From the NCBI GenBank assembly GCA_051362555.1, contig CM120641.1, positions 22,134,001 to 22,198,000 of the forward strand: DNA of 64,000 nt, written 5' to 3'. Every line of letters starts with the position of its first letter. The first letter of the stretch is position 1. This document shows positions 23,101 to 38,100 of the stretch, in pieces. A program made the position numbers and the translations under genes. Source of the stretch: Lingula anatina (Eukaryota; Animalia; Brachiopoda). Below the pieces are notes generated by a model. It saw only the letters and a list, made by a program, of their open reading frames with translations, made no database searches and was not told where the DNA came from.

Positions 23101-26100
23101 TTTGTTTTGTGACTTGGGTTGTTATGTGGGCCAGCATTAAGTTGCCTGAGGCACATTCTATGGACTGTAGGTGCAGGTTTTTTAGATGTCAAAACAGTAA
23201 TTGATCAAAATTATTCCAGTTCCAGAGGCACTGACCTTAGTGCAGAGGCAAGTCTCTTTTATTTAAGTACAGTACCATGTTATAATTAATTAGAGTGCGT
23301 TATCTACCCTAACAATTTTGTTGCCATTAATCACCTGTTGGCAGCTAGGCTGGATATTTAACCCTAGCTGTAGTCAAAAACAGGTGAGGCAGGGACCCTA
23401 TAGCTTATTAGTACATGCTGTGGATGTTGCTTATCATTCAGTCTAGATTTCTTTATAGAAAATAGGTGAATGGATATGGAGATAAAATGTTTTACTTTAA
23501 AAAAATTTACTTAAGTGTTCAGATTAAGAACTTCATCATACAATTATATTAACTGATTAGATAATACAGTTTTTTGTCTCTTTAATTTAAACCTAAAACC
23601 CTAAATGCCTCTCTGGAAGAAAAAGATATGTGCATACAGATGACTGAAACACAGCTAACGAAAACTTTCTCATTTTCCTACAAAGGCGGGAGTGAACTTC
23701 TACAGGAGAAGGAAGAGAGGAGCATCTGAGTTCCTAACCTGAGTGGAATGTGTTCAGTTCAACATCAAACAGAGTCTCTTGTCCTGGAGAAAACTGTAGA
23801 ACATAAAGATTGCATGTGAATTCTTTCTACTGTTGACTTCACTACCTGTGTGGAAGCTGTGTAACATACTCTAACATCATGGCACATTACTATGAGGATG
23901 GGAGGAGAAGAGGACATGATATACCCATGCATGCAGGTAGGTCTTTGCTGAAAACTAAGGCTGATGCGTGGGGTGTTGATATATACAAGTATCCACTTGT
24001 ATTTCATACTGAACATGATCATGTTGCTAGAAACCGTTGACAATTAGCAGTGTTGAGATCAACTTATATGGATGCGTATCCATAACTTGTGACTGTTTTA
24101 ATAGTACAAACATTTATAAATATTTTGCATACTCGTCCAAGGTTGATAAATTTCTGGGCTTGTGCTTTTTTGTCAGTTGTTTTGTTCATCTGTTTTATTT
24201 GTTATTAACATGATAAATCTTGCCATTTTTCCTGTGTGTTTAAATTGTGTTTTATTCATGATGATAATTCTAAGAGCAGTTTGATGTACTGAGTGTATGT
24301 TTTTTTTTCACTGTCAGGTAATTATTTCCTTTAAACGGGTGTTTTAGGTAACACCCTTGCATGATTCAGATAAAGTGCACACCATCTTTATGTAAAATAA
24401 GTCTGTGTTTGTCTTTTTTGAACTGAAGAGATGTTATTTCTGTGCTGTCATGACAGGTGACGTGGCTTTGTTCAACAGATCTCAAAGCCATGTTACTACT
24501 AGTAGGTAATACAACACAGCCAGGTAAATACAGGTGTGCTTGCAACCACTCCAGGTAATATAAGATTCCTGGAAAGTTAACTGTTGAAGCTGGCCAGTTA
24601 ATCACTTCTTAGTGATCTGTGAAATGTACAGCAAGTGGCATTTAAGCATTATGATAGCTGTTTGAGTGCTTCCAATATAGTTCTGATGACAGATTTATTG
24701 ATTACTTTCTACGGAAATGCTGTTTGTGTTGTAATGTTTTTCTCTGAGTATGATATATTTTTGTTTTACTACCTGATTGTTTCTTAATTGATCTGGGGTT
24801 GAATTTCTATATCATTTTACTTGTGTGTTTGATAAGAAATAATGTGTAGGCATGAGTTCAGTTATATCAGCCACAGGGGTGTGCAGAAAATAACAATGTA
24901 CAGTACATAGCTTTTACTCATCAGTGTGCTTAGAACATTAGTCTACCATATGTTTAATGAAGCCTTGTAGAATTGATTGCCTTGATATTGTTGAATTGCC
25001 AAGTTGCCATTCTGTGGTGAAATATTTGCATTTAATGGGAAAGATGTCAGTACCGCAGGTGAAAGGCTATGCAAAATTCTATTTACTAGTTTGTTTATAT
25101 CACTTGGAACCAACTATAATACATAAGAAAGACTTTATACTATTTAAAACATTTTCTAAATGTAATTAATAAGAAACAAATTCACTGGCTTTGTAGACAA
25201 AATATATCCTAAGTTTTTTTCCTCAATTTAGAGATGTTTTACTTTGGGTGAGTAAATGTGAGATATTTTCAAATTTGTTAGCTTTTGGTGATTTATAATT
25301 CATTTGTAAAAAGAAAATTGCTCATCCAGACAAAAGATATCCAAGAAAGTCATTGTCCCACCTGTTACAAACAATTAAAAACACCTGTTGTTCTGCTAAT
25401 TAATTCATCTTGCAGGTTGCATACATGTAAGCCTATTATCATGTCTGCTGTTGGGTGGCTATATTTTATTGTTGTGATCCATCTGTGGCAAAGATGTTCC
25501 AATCTACTGGGCCTTCAGGACACTTTTGTCTAAGAATTCGCATGTATTGGCCCAAAGCAGAAACAGAGGCTGGCCACTAAAGAAATGAATTTTTTGTCTG
25601 TTTTTCTGGCACATCCTCAATTTTGCTGGTATGAGCTGCAGCAGTGTCAAAAATGCAGACTTGATGGTCTCTTCATTTCTTTATTGAGAAAAGTTTATGG
25701 AAAACAGAGAAAAGTTTATGAAAATATGTGATAAGCTTTGCACATAAATGTCATTCTGGCCTATTTATTACTCCTGCCAAATAGCCTACTTACAAAAAAA
25801 AAAAAAAAATTACAAGGCTGATTTTTTAAAATAACGTCACAGTATCTTTTGTTTTGTTTAACAAGAGTGAATTATCTCTATAGCCATTGTAGGTTGGGTT
25901 AGTGAAAGTCTAGGAAGCTTCCCAGCTTCCTGCTTTGGACCAACAGAAATAATTATTTGTCAGGAGTATTTTATACACAACTCAGTCAGCTACACAATAG
26001 GAAGTGCAATGTATTAGGACCTGGTGTAGGTTTTGTGTAACGAGTATATTAAATCACTTGGGACATAATGGGCTGGAGTGTAAATATGAGATGTGTCAGG

Positions 26101-29100
26101 TAAACTGTGATGCTGGAATGGAAGGCCAAGCATGAGTTCAGCAGGCTGTAGAAACATTTATGCACTAGAAACCATTGTAAAATGGCAGGGAAGGGGTTAC
26201 CATACATTGAACTCCATAAAGGTATGCTATGTCTTAGGAAGTTCTGTCTGTGTCCTCTCCCTGTAAATGTCCATGCTGTGTTAGCATTTTGACAGACAGT
26301 ACACTTTATTCTAAGCATTGATCAATATTTTACACTAAATTGATCAATAAAACTGAACTTCTGTCTACACATGGAGAAAGCTGGTCATTGTCAGCTTAGT
26401 GTTATTTCTGTGTTGAATAATATGCAAAAACATCAATTATGCAACTTTGGTTTATATTATAAAATGTGTAGCAAGATCGGATAAATGAACCAAGCTTGGG
26501 GTTATATTATTTTGATACTCATTATGCTTCATGTTTTAACCTTCATAATATTAAATCTAGGTGCTCACTACTCTGTCTTTGCACTCTGTTGTAAGGCTAT
26601 GTGAACTTTAAACTAGCTGGGAGATTCAAGATTCAGTTCAGTTGACACGAAATTACCAGTATATGCATGTCATATGGATGAGATATCCAAATAAAGTGAT
26701 TTTGAAGCCAACAAAATGCTGTAAATTGCTTTGTTGTTTCAGTTACGAATATTTTTATATTTTAATATGTTTTAAAAAACATGTATGGTAGCTCAGAATT
26801 TGAAACACAGGATATAATCAAACTGGCTTGAGTCTATTGTACTGACACAGTTTTTTCCTTATCTATGTAGTATTGGGTTTAGTTCACAGCATCTGTGTGT
26901 TGAAGTGTATGCCTCTATACATTAGTGCCCTACATAGTTATAGATCCATATCATTCTGCTGATTTTCATGGTTGAATGTACTAGTATTATTTAGAGGGGA
27001 TGGAGAAGAATGGAAATAAAACTGGCAAAGAATGCAAGATTTCTTTTTAGATGTCAAAAATGAACATTTCTTATAAAGTATTTGCTCAATATTTATAGAT
27101 ATTTACTGAAGTTAACTTTTATGGACCATAAAGGGAATGCACCAGCAAAATGATTATGATTGTCTCATATTACAGTCTATGATATTGTGGTATGCAATTT
27201 TAAAATTTTAATGACGGGAGAATGTTTGGTAATGTCTGTATAAATTAACTCTGATCCTTTTACCCTGTAAAAGCTGTGACTTATTATGCATGTTCTAACA
27301 CATTTCTTTTGGAAGTAATTTCACTTATAGATTTAGGCTTAGATTTGTGATAAAAAAGGTTAGAGTTTGAAAATTCTAGATAAAAGTTACAAAACTGTCC
27401 AGAGTTATCAAAGATTAACATTGTTATTTATATTTCTCAAAGTTTATTTACCAGCTTTTATTTATTTCATTTCATTTTTTTCTTTTTGTTCATCTTTAGT
27501 GAATTCCTCACACTATTATGATCACAATGTACATCCAAGTCAAGTCACTCTGGATGTGCCGGAGAGTTATCGCCCTGGCAGGAGGGGGTCTGATGCCCCT
27601 AGCTATAAGTCTTCAGATGATGGCATGGAGAGAGAGAGAGAAGAAGATATGGAGAGACAGAGGGAACTATTGATGAACTTACCTAGTGCACAACTAAGTC
27701 GTAAGTGTAACAATTTTGTATCTCAGGTTTGTCCTCTCTGTACTGCAAAGTTAATGTGAAAACTGTTGTAAAATGAAAATATTGCTGTTAATAAGGTGAT
27801 TAGGAGGTGATCAGAATTTTAGTGATAAATGGATGGACAAAAAGAAAATAATTTAGTCAGAAGATAGAGAAGTATATTTTAGTTGAGAAAACTCAGAAAC
27901 GAAGATTAATGTTTCAGAGCCAAAATATGGAAAGCATGGAATTATTAATGATTCAGATATTTTTTTTTTATAACTAGGAACCAGCATATGATTTGCAAAC
28001 TCTTAAATTGCTTATAGGTCACTTCAAGTGTTATTTGACATGATTTGAAAATTAGCTATGTTAGTTATGTTATTTTTGGTTTGTTTATAACTACTAGTAC
28101 ACATATACTTGTAGTATTGAGGAGTGTAGCAATGTAATTCAGTCAGGTTAGATATTTATGTCAACCACATGTCATTGTAATTTCCTGTGACATTTGAAGC
28201 TATATTGGTACTTAAATAATAACCAAGATAATAGGCCGAGCCTTGTCTGTAGAAATATTAAACGACATTTGCCAGCATTCATAACTTGTCAGAGGGATTT
28301 GCTATTGTGGCATTTTTAGACCAAATGATGGAGGGGTACAAGGGCCACAGAACTCTGCGCAGAAAATCTTCTATGCGCCATCGTAAAAGGAGCCACCACA
28401 TTCATCATGGAACGGTGCGTATGCATGGCAGCAATGTAGCACAAGAACTGGTGAGGGAGATAGAAAACAGTCCAGACTACATGGACGGTGATATGGACGA
28501 GGTGGAGGTCACAGAGCACCTCAGAGGGATGACCAGTGCTACCCTGGCCACTAAGAGACAAGTCAGGTAACAGAATTATAATGTTTTAACACCAATAAAC
28601 AATGGACATGGAAAGAAAAGTTTGGTGTGATAAGTTTAACATTATATTGATAAATTATATGCTTCAGCCTTGTGACTCAGAGATTATTAGTTATGAAAAT
28701 GATGATTTCTGCTGTGGCACGTAAATGCAGGGGCGGGTCCAGGATTATTTGAAGGGGGGTCTGGTTTTTAGGCCATGGATGCATAGCCAACCCTTGGGAA
28801 CTCCGCAAAGCCAAATTCAAGTGTCAGAAGAGATGAAAAAATGTCTGGGAATGCAAATTTATATTGCACATTATTAAGATACTTTTCGCTCAGTTAAGAA
28901 TATGATTTTTTTATCACTGTATGCCTTTGCTTTCTGTTAATTGCAAGTCAGGTACTCTAAAAGTTTATTGTCATTCATTTTTGGAAAATAACATTAAGTA
29001 ATGATAAAAAAAAATATTATTTGCACTCAATATACAAGTTAACTCATTACATAGTGTGACAGGTATGATAATTTGAACTTACTATTGCATTTCATCTAGG

Positions 29101-32100
29101 CAAGATATTCAGAGGTCATCAGAAAAAAGAGTGGCCACACAAGGGGTTGGAGCATATAAAAGATTCAAATACAATTTGTCCATAGTAAGTGCTCAGTGGA
29201 AAAGTTAACTGCATCTCAGTTATCATATTTTATTGTACCACCAGCGTTAGCGCTGGCGGTACACATGGTTTCGGTCCCGTCCGGATCGTTCCGCCGGCTC
29301 CGCCGGCTCCGCCGGCTCCGTTGGCTCCGCCGGCTCCGCCGGACGGCTACCGTTACCGCTTCTCCTCCTAGACGGTAAGGGCCCCCATACCCATCTCATG
29401 GATTTAGGTCACCTATAATCTCAACTCGTTCCACGTAAAATTTGGGCTTTGTCGGTATTGGGGTCTGGGTGTGGCACTCATTGCAATGCACCCTTGTCTA
29501 AAAATGGCAAAATTAAATGCTTATTATCTACCCTACGGAAGGAGTTATGGGAAAAATTTCTATAGACGGCTTTCCAAAAGTCATATGTGTAGATTTCAAA
29601 TATACCCTTGGATTTGACCTTTGACCTTTACTTCAAGGTCAAATGGGCCAAAATTTTCAAAAAAATGAAATTTTTTACGAAAAAATTTTTTTTTGCCCTG
29701 TTATTCAGAGACCACACAGACTTAACCAATAATATTATTGGAAAGTGTTACCCTTCAGGTCATCTTTCATCTCCATGAATTTGGGGTCAATCGGTGCATT
29801 TTCACGGGAGTAGTGGCCATAAGATACCGAAACTGAAAACTGTCTCTAATTCGGGAACCGTTAATGCTAGAGACCCATTCTTTTTTGCATTTTGTAGAGC
29901 ATGTTAAGCCCAACACTGGAGGTGGTCTCGGTTTTTTTGTATTCCATACGGTTTTCGAGTTACGCTGTATCAAAAAGTACATATTGGTGGTAAAAGCAAA
30001 ATGTACAGTACGGTAATGGATAATAAATTTTGAACTCTGGAAAAATAAAACATAAGGCTTGGCAAAGCAGACAACTTGTGTTCAAAAATGACATTATTTC
30101 ATCAAATTTGAACTTCTGAAACTTCAGAGCACCTCCTATTTCAAGAATTTTGATCAAAATGACATTTTCTTTATTTTAATTAATTTTTTCTGTACGAAAT
30201 TTAAGGCACATTATGGTAACTCCAAAATTATAACATTAAGTCCCTTATATCTCCAAAACTGGCAGAAATAGGTCCATAGTTACTATTGAAGTTGAATAGG
30301 AAGTCATATACTGGCAATCTTACTGTGACCTTGAAATTGACCTTTGACCTACTTTTCACCATGATCTGAACTTTGCAAATTTTGCTTCCCTTTTATCTCC
30401 AAAACTGGCAGAGATAGGTCCATAGTTACTATTGAACTTGAATAGGAAGTCATATACTGGCAATTATAATGTGATCTTAAAATTAATCTTTGACCTACTT
30501 TTCACCATGAATTGAACTTTGCAAATTTTGCTTTCCTTTTATCTCCAAAACTGGAAGAGATAGGTCCATAGTTACTATTGAACTTGAATAGGAAGTCATA
30601 TACTGGCAATCTAAATGTGACCTTAAAATTGACCTTTGACCTACTTTTCACCATGAACTGAACTTTGCAAATTTTTCTTCCCTTTTATCTCCAAAACTGG
30701 CAGAGATAGGCCCATAGTTACTATTGAACTTGAATAAAAAGTCATATCCTGGTAATCTAAATATGACCTTAAAATTGACCTTTGACCTACTTTTCACCAT
30801 GAACTGAATTTTGCAAATTTTGCTTTCCTTTTATCTCCAAAACTGGCAGAGATAGGTCCATAGTTACTATTAAACTTGAATAGGAAGTCATATACTGGCA
30901 ATCTAAATGTGACCTTAAAATTGACCTTTGACCTACTTATAACCATGAACTGAACTTTGCAAATTTTGCTTCCCTTTTATCTCCAAAACTGGCAGAGATA
31001 GGTCCGTAGTTACTATTGAACTTGAATAGGAAGTCATATACTGGCAATCTATATGTGACCTTAAAATTGACCTTTGACCTACTTTTCACCATGAACTGAA
31101 CTTTGCAAATTTTTCTTCCCTTTTATCTTCAAAACTGGCAGAGATAGGTCCATAGTTACTATTGAAGTTGAATAGGAAGTCATATACTGGCAATCTAAAT
31201 GTGACCTTAAAATTGACCTTTGACCTACTTTACACCATGAACTGAATTTTGCAAATTTTACTTTCCTTTTATCTCCAAAACTGGCAGAGATAGGTCCGTA
31301 GTTACTATTGAACTTGAATAGGAAGTCATATACTGGCAATCTAAATGTGACCTTAAAATTGACCTTTGACCTACTTTTCACCATAATCTGAACTTTGCAA
31401 ATTTTGCTTCCCTTTTATCTCCAAAACTGGCAGAGATAGGTCCATAGTTACTATTGAACTTGAATAGGAAGTCATATACTGGCAATCTAAATGTGACCTT
31501 AAAATTGACCTTTGACCTAATTTTCACCATGAACTGAACTTTGCAAATTTTGCTTTCCTTTTATCTCCAAAACTGGCAGAGATAGGTCCATAGTTACTAT
31601 TGAACTTGAATAGGAAGTCATATACTGGCAATATAAATGTGACATTAAAATTGACCTTTGACCTACTTTTCACCATAAACTGAACTTTGCAAATTTTGCT
31701 TCCCTTTTATCTCCAAAACTGGCAGAGATAGGTCCATAGTTACTATTGAACTTGAATAGGAAGTCATATACTGGCAATCTAAATGTGACCTTAAAATTGA
31801 CCTTTGACCTACTTTTCACCATGAACTGAACTTTGCAAATTTTGTTTTCCTTTTATCTCCAAAACTGGCAGAGATAGGTCCATAGCTACTATTGAACTTG
31901 AATAGAAAGTCATATACTGGCAATCTAAATGTGACCTTGGAATTGACCTTTGACCTACTTTTCACCATGAACTGAATTTTGCAAAATTTGCTTTCCTTTT
32001 ATCTTCAAAACTGACAGAGATATGTCCATAGTTACTATTGAACTTGAATAGGAAGTCCTATACTGGCAATCTAAGTGTGACCTTGAAATTGACCTTTGAC

Positions 32101-35100
32101 CTACTTCTTATCATGAACTGAACTCTGCTAATTTCTTTCTCTTTTAACTTCAAACTTGACAGAGATAGGTCCATAGTTACTCTTGAACTTGAATAGGAAG
32201 TCATATACTGGCAATTTACTGTGACCTTGAAATTGACCCTTGACCTACCTTACGAAGAACTTAAATTTGATTGTACCATATATATATATTTTGCAATAGT
32301 TTAAAAATTCTTGTTGATTGCATTTTTACAGCTTGTCAAGCACAAAACTGGTGGCTGTGTCCCTTATTTTGTGTATGTGGGGGTCTATACGAATGCGCTT
32401 GCTCCAGCTGGTGGTACAATATTCGGAGGCGGTATCGCCTCTCTGATCCTCTAGTTTGAAATGTAAGAAGTAGATTTAACCTATGTGCCATGGAAAATAT
32501 TAACTTGAAATATGGGTTAATATGAAATGTTTTTTTAAATTTATTATTCTTATTATTTTTTTAAAAAGAAATTGCAAAAATATATTCAAAGTCTATATTA
32601 TGAGTAAATTGATTTAACAGCATTACTAATATTACTATTGCTTTCATTTGTTATATAACTACCTAGTATGCTTCCTTCTAGCAATACAGTCACTTCAAAC
32701 AGAAACTTGCTGACATCAGGTATTCCTTAAGGTTCTGGCATGGGCACCTGAAGAAGATAGAGGGTCATTTTGGAACCGGTGTCACGTCATACTTCAGGTT
32801 CCTCAAGTGGCTGTTTATCATCAACATCCCTGTGTTCCTGTTATCCTTCTTTTTCATTGTACTACCTGAGATGCTTTTCAGGTAAAAAATAATCCTCACA
32901 TATTGTAGCTTATTCTTGTGCATTGTGTAAAATTACTTTTTGTTTTCATTTACTTGTTGACTAATTTTGAAGTTTTACTAAGGTGTAATTGACTTAATTT
33001 AATATATGATTGCTCAATGCACAAAATAACAATATATAGATTTTGTCTTCTTTTCTTTTAAAGCATAGAGCAGGGGACCATACTGCCAAATGTCACTTTT
33101 AATGTAACAGACTTACTGACTGGAGGGGTAAGTCTTGCATCAAAAACATTGCATCAAAATATATCCATCAACTTGCTGGTGATACAGCAAAATTAACTTT
33201 GCCTTCTTTAGATTTGGTGTCTGTATGATCTGCAGTACATTTTGATGAGATATATTGTTTGGAGGCTCATTTTACTCTGTCTTGTAAGTCATATTCTTTG
33301 CTGTCATTTTGAACAGCAGACAATATGAAATTTGAATGGGAATTTTTTTATCCAGGGCTGGCTGAGTGAAACTTTGCTGTATTATGGGTTTTACACAAAT
33401 GAGAGCATTGAACTCCACCTCAGCAAAGGTCACTACTACAACATGCAGCATGCTTACCTCTTCACTTCTGCTGCTTATTACATCTGCAGTCTAATTCTTG
33501 TCATGATTAGGTAAGTTTTCTCTTGATTGTTTTGATAACTTACAAGTTTTCCCTTCATTTTTGTGATGACATATAAGTTTTCCCATGATTCTTGTAATGA
33601 TCAGGTACAAAGTTTTTCATTGATTCTTGCCATGACTGGGTATTTTTCCATTTATTTTTGCCATAGTTGTAGGAAGGTATCACTATATGTTCATTTCATT
33701 TCAGTACATGCATTGTATGATGATTGAAAATGCATGTATATTTTAACAAAAATGGATCACATAGCATGAAATAGTAATAATAATAATAATGTTCATTTGC
33801 AACTGACAGTTGGATGAACAATAATATAAATTGTTAAATGCGCTAAATTAGAAAATAATTAATGTAATTGTTAATTTACAGTGTTGAGATAAAATAAAAC
33901 GTAAAAAATGCCTTAATATTAAGATTCATTTAAAAATCACTATAAGTTAGGTCATTTTTTAAAGAATTCCGTGCCCATGTTGTGAATGAATTCAAGAACC
34001 AGAAGTTGAGTTTATTTCTCTTTGTTTCTAGCCTTTCTAAGTCATACAAGATAAACTACATCCAGGGTAGTGGTGAATTCAGCTTTTACTATGTGAGCAA
34101 AGTGTTCTGTGGCTGGGACTATGGGATCACTGATAAAGATGCAGGAAATCTCAAGCATAAAGCACTATACAATGAACTTCAGGTGAGGTATTTATGCCAA
34201 TCATCTGCTTCTGATTGAATAGAAATGCAATTTACATGATGTAAACTGTTTCAAGCTCATTTGTAACCATTAATATTAATGCTACACTTTGCCAATATGC
34301 TGAAAACATATTTCACCTCATCGGTTACTTATAATTTTACAACCATCCGTCTTCTGTGGACATGTGGTCATTTCGACATAATAGTGAAAGTTATTTTCAT
34401 ATAAATAATTGTTTTGAATTTACATATAAATTTTTAGGAGTATCTAGCAGGCTATCATGAGGAGAAAAATCTGACATGTCAGCAGCGGTGTGGCTGGTTC
34501 AGCCTGCGGGTCTTCACCAACCTAATAGTGCTGGGGATGATAGGGGGCGCTGGCTATGTGATATGGTACATTTCAGAGACGCAGTCTGTCCGGGTAGGTG
34601 CTTGTGATTTGTGGAGAGAGTAGATGGTTGGATGTCTGTGTTTAACTAAATACAAATGTTCTGTTGGGGTCTGGCTTACTGCATTATTGCAGACAGGCCT
34701 ACAGTTTTTCAAAATTTAAGGGACCTTTTTCTAAGACCACTTATGGTATATACTCCCCTGTTTTACTTTGTGTATAAAATGTTTTTAAAAAATCATTATA
34801 TTCATTTCAGACAAATATCCCTGTGCTGAGCTCTCTTGCCATGCCTCTTTGTGTGTCTTCAATCAACTTGCTCTTCCCCTTTGCCTTCTCTGTCATTAGC
34901 TCATTTGAGAGGTACAGCAAACCCAAGTATGAACTCTACATCACTATGGCAAGGTGAGATTTGTTCTTGAGTAACCCAAATGATATATGGTTTGTTTGTC
35001 TGGGGTTGGCTTGGTTCATGTTTGGTGTGTTAGAACTCATTCAACAGAATCAAACTTATATACAGATCAGTTAGTGTAACAATTGAGATATTGCCTTTAA

Positions 35101-38100
35101 ATATTTTATTTAATACATGCAAGAACAATATGATTGATATATGTGGAAGGAGTGAACTCTGTACTCACACAATTTCATCTGATATGAACTGTTTGATTAA
35201 TTAAAGATTATTTTTGAAAAAGAGTGATCACAAATGCACAATGTTAATGAAATGCATGTATGACTAATTCTGTTGAACAGGACAATCCTACTGAAAGGCA
35301 CCACCCTGGCAGTGTTGATCTATTTCTGGTTCAATGATGTGGATTGCAACTTAAATTCAGATGAAAAACAATCAAAGAGTCACACATGTGAACAGGTGAG
35401 GACATTCCACCTTTATTATTCTGTGCTAGATAAAGCATTATTTTGTCTCTTCTCTAGGCCTATTGAATATAAAATCCCATCTTAGCATTGTTGAAACTCT
35501 TCAATATGCAACTAATTGACAGATTGAAATCTTTTGATTAATTGTTTTACAACGTGAGATTTGGAAGTAGAAAAGATGGAAGGAAAAGGGCAGCATTACA
35601 TATGTTTTGATTGCTTCAGGCTCCAGTCTTTCTCCTCACATTGTCAGTAGGTATCATACCAAGCAGTGAATGCATAGTCAAGCTTGGGTCATTTGTATAT
35701 GGTTATAAGGGATTATTATATTTATGAAACCCTGGGAGACCTGTTTAAAATGTGTCATATTTATAGGATCATGTTACGGGCAGTAGACACCTTGCATGTT
35801 GTTTTAATTGATACAACGTGGTGATAGGTGATGCTGGTTTTTACTGATGGTATGCATGGATGATATTTATGATTTATAATATGATTTTTCATTAGTGGAA
35901 AAGGAATATAACTATTGACTCAGAGGTAAAATTGATTATACTTAGCTGGGAAAATATTGAAATTTTGATCTTTGAATATTGAGTTCACATGACACATTCA
36001 TGGTTATTTACTCACAGGTTCAATATTGAATCTCCATTATTTTTATTGTTGCATAGTTAATTTATGAAACTATTGCAGTTAATATTTGATAGATAACAGA
36101 GTTTTTCCATTAACAATTCCCAGTATTTAATCATAACTTTTTGCTTTACTAATAGAGGTGGCTGAGAGAAATAAGGGCCATTTGACAATCCTGGGTAGAA
36201 ACAACCTTAATGAGTTACTGTGTTAGTTATTTAAGTTAAGATAGTGCATGTAATTTAAATTATCATCATATAGGAAAAAGGATGGTTTTGTCATGGTAAC
36301 AAGTCATATGATAAACTTAATTACATAGATACATAATTTCTAACCATTACCATTTCATATTTTCTCTTAGTAATATTATTTCATTCAACTGCACTAACAA
36401 TTGTAAAAATCTTTTAATATGAGTAAAAGTATGAAATATGTAATACTCTGAGAGTGATTTCTTTTATGTGTACTCTCCCTTCATAAAATATTTCTACTAT
36501 GAAACTCATTTGTTTACAATTCTAATAAAATTATTCATTGCTCTCTGACTTTTTTTTATAAAGTTTTGTCTTGATTTAATACTTGTACATATAACATGCC
36601 CCTTGCTCGTCTTCTAAACTAACACTTGCAAAATTATTTTGATAATTTAGTTTAAATAATTTAATATTTGGATTTCTACAATGCAGGTCCATTGTTTTTA
36701 TTTTCAGTGTTGGGAGACATTTATGGGAGAACAAATCTACATGCTTGTGTTGGTGGACTTTGTCTTTGTACTCTTGATCACTTTCTTTTCTGAGTTCATC
36801 AGAAGGTAATGTTCAACAGAATGTCTTTAATACTTTTTTTTTTTTGTAACCATAAAATGATTGTTAAGTAAAAGTGTAGACTGTATTTGCAGATGATAAT
36901 TTGCAGATGATTGTATTTTCATTTTTTTTATCAAGTTGATCTTGACATTTATTTATTATTTATTTTTGGAATTATGTACTCTATTTATAGAAGTTTTCAA
37001 AGTGAAACAATAGCCAGCTTTATCCATTTTACATTACATCTGCAAATTGTTTCAGTCTATTTTCTGTTCAGATCATTTCAAATTCCTGCGAAGCAGTATA
37101 TTGACTATTCATGTGTTTTAACACTTCTTATAACTTAAACATTCACCTGCTTTCAGAATCATGTCCCAGTTTTGCTGCAAGTCACTAGGGCATCCCGAGT
37201 TCAACATTGGGAGAAACACCCTGAATCTGATCTACTCTCAGGCTTTGGTCTGGTATGTATGCTCCTTGTTATAATAATAATAATACCACACTCCATGTTC
37301 ATTTAGCACTGTGTACAATATAAAGAGTAAAATGGAACTTCCTAAAACATTGTGATTTTTGTACACCTGTGAAAAGGGCATTAATATCGGTGACAATTTA
37401 TGAAGAGTAGTAGATTGAAGGTGCACGTAAGCTAGTAGACTTGTCAAGATAGTGCCTCTAAACCCCACCCAATGCCCCTTTTAGTATCAAATAGTAGTAT
37501 TCTAAAGAAATACCACAGGGTTTCATTTTATTTCCTGTTGTTTCATTACAACCCAGATGAATAAATAAGTCAATTTTACGACCAAAAAGTGCAAATCAGT
37601 TGAAGAAAGCAAAGATTTAAAACTTTTTTTCAGCTCACCAAGTGATTAATATGTGTTCTTTTTGGATTTGTGCATATTGATTGAGTTGTTTAAAAACTAG
37701 TAGTAGTAATTTGTGTGGCTTATAGGGAATGTGCACAGCCGTGCTCTCACTTGTTATCTTAAACAATGTAGCTAAATAAACTTGTCTCTGAAATATTTTT
37801 ATTTCTTCCCATGCATATTTTCAGGCTTGGCTCCTTTTACAGTCCCCTGTTGCCTGTGATCCAACTAATCAAATTGTTTATAACATTTTATGTCAAAAGA
37901 GTAAGTGCTCTGAGAATTGATGGTAGTGAAAATAAATTTCTTCAATAGAGCCTGATAAAACAAAATATAATACCAATTATACTGTAACTAAGGATTCCTG
38001 TATGTAGTTATTTATTATTTTTATTGTAAGTATTAATATTACATTTAATATAAAGATATTTAAAAAGCACCAGCTCTGTGAACAGTGGAAATCAGTTGCT

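Larger units (their letters stand above)
29231..32454 (+). mobile_element. Non-autonomous Helentron/HINE-like element, complete copy 2, in TMC intron 4
   Basis: 15-bp subterminal inverted repeats TATTGTACCACCAGC (29231-29245) / GCTGGTGGTACAATA (32407-32421); 5' partial inverted copy GCTGGCGGTACA; GC-rich 9-mer repeat; 146-bp array; 3' hairpin 32426-32441; CTAG end; T-runs on both sides and no TSD. Confidence 0.88.

Noticed and set aside
28728-28765. CAGGGGCGGGTCCAGGATT, resembling a common hAT-type MITE end; a similar decayed pair lies at ~59749-59834
   Set aside because: No matching second end or TSD could be established; too degraded to call.
29189-29378. Pro/Ala-rich and Arg-rich 60-aa ORFs
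   Set aside because: Translations of the element's GC 9-mer repeat inside a TMC intron.
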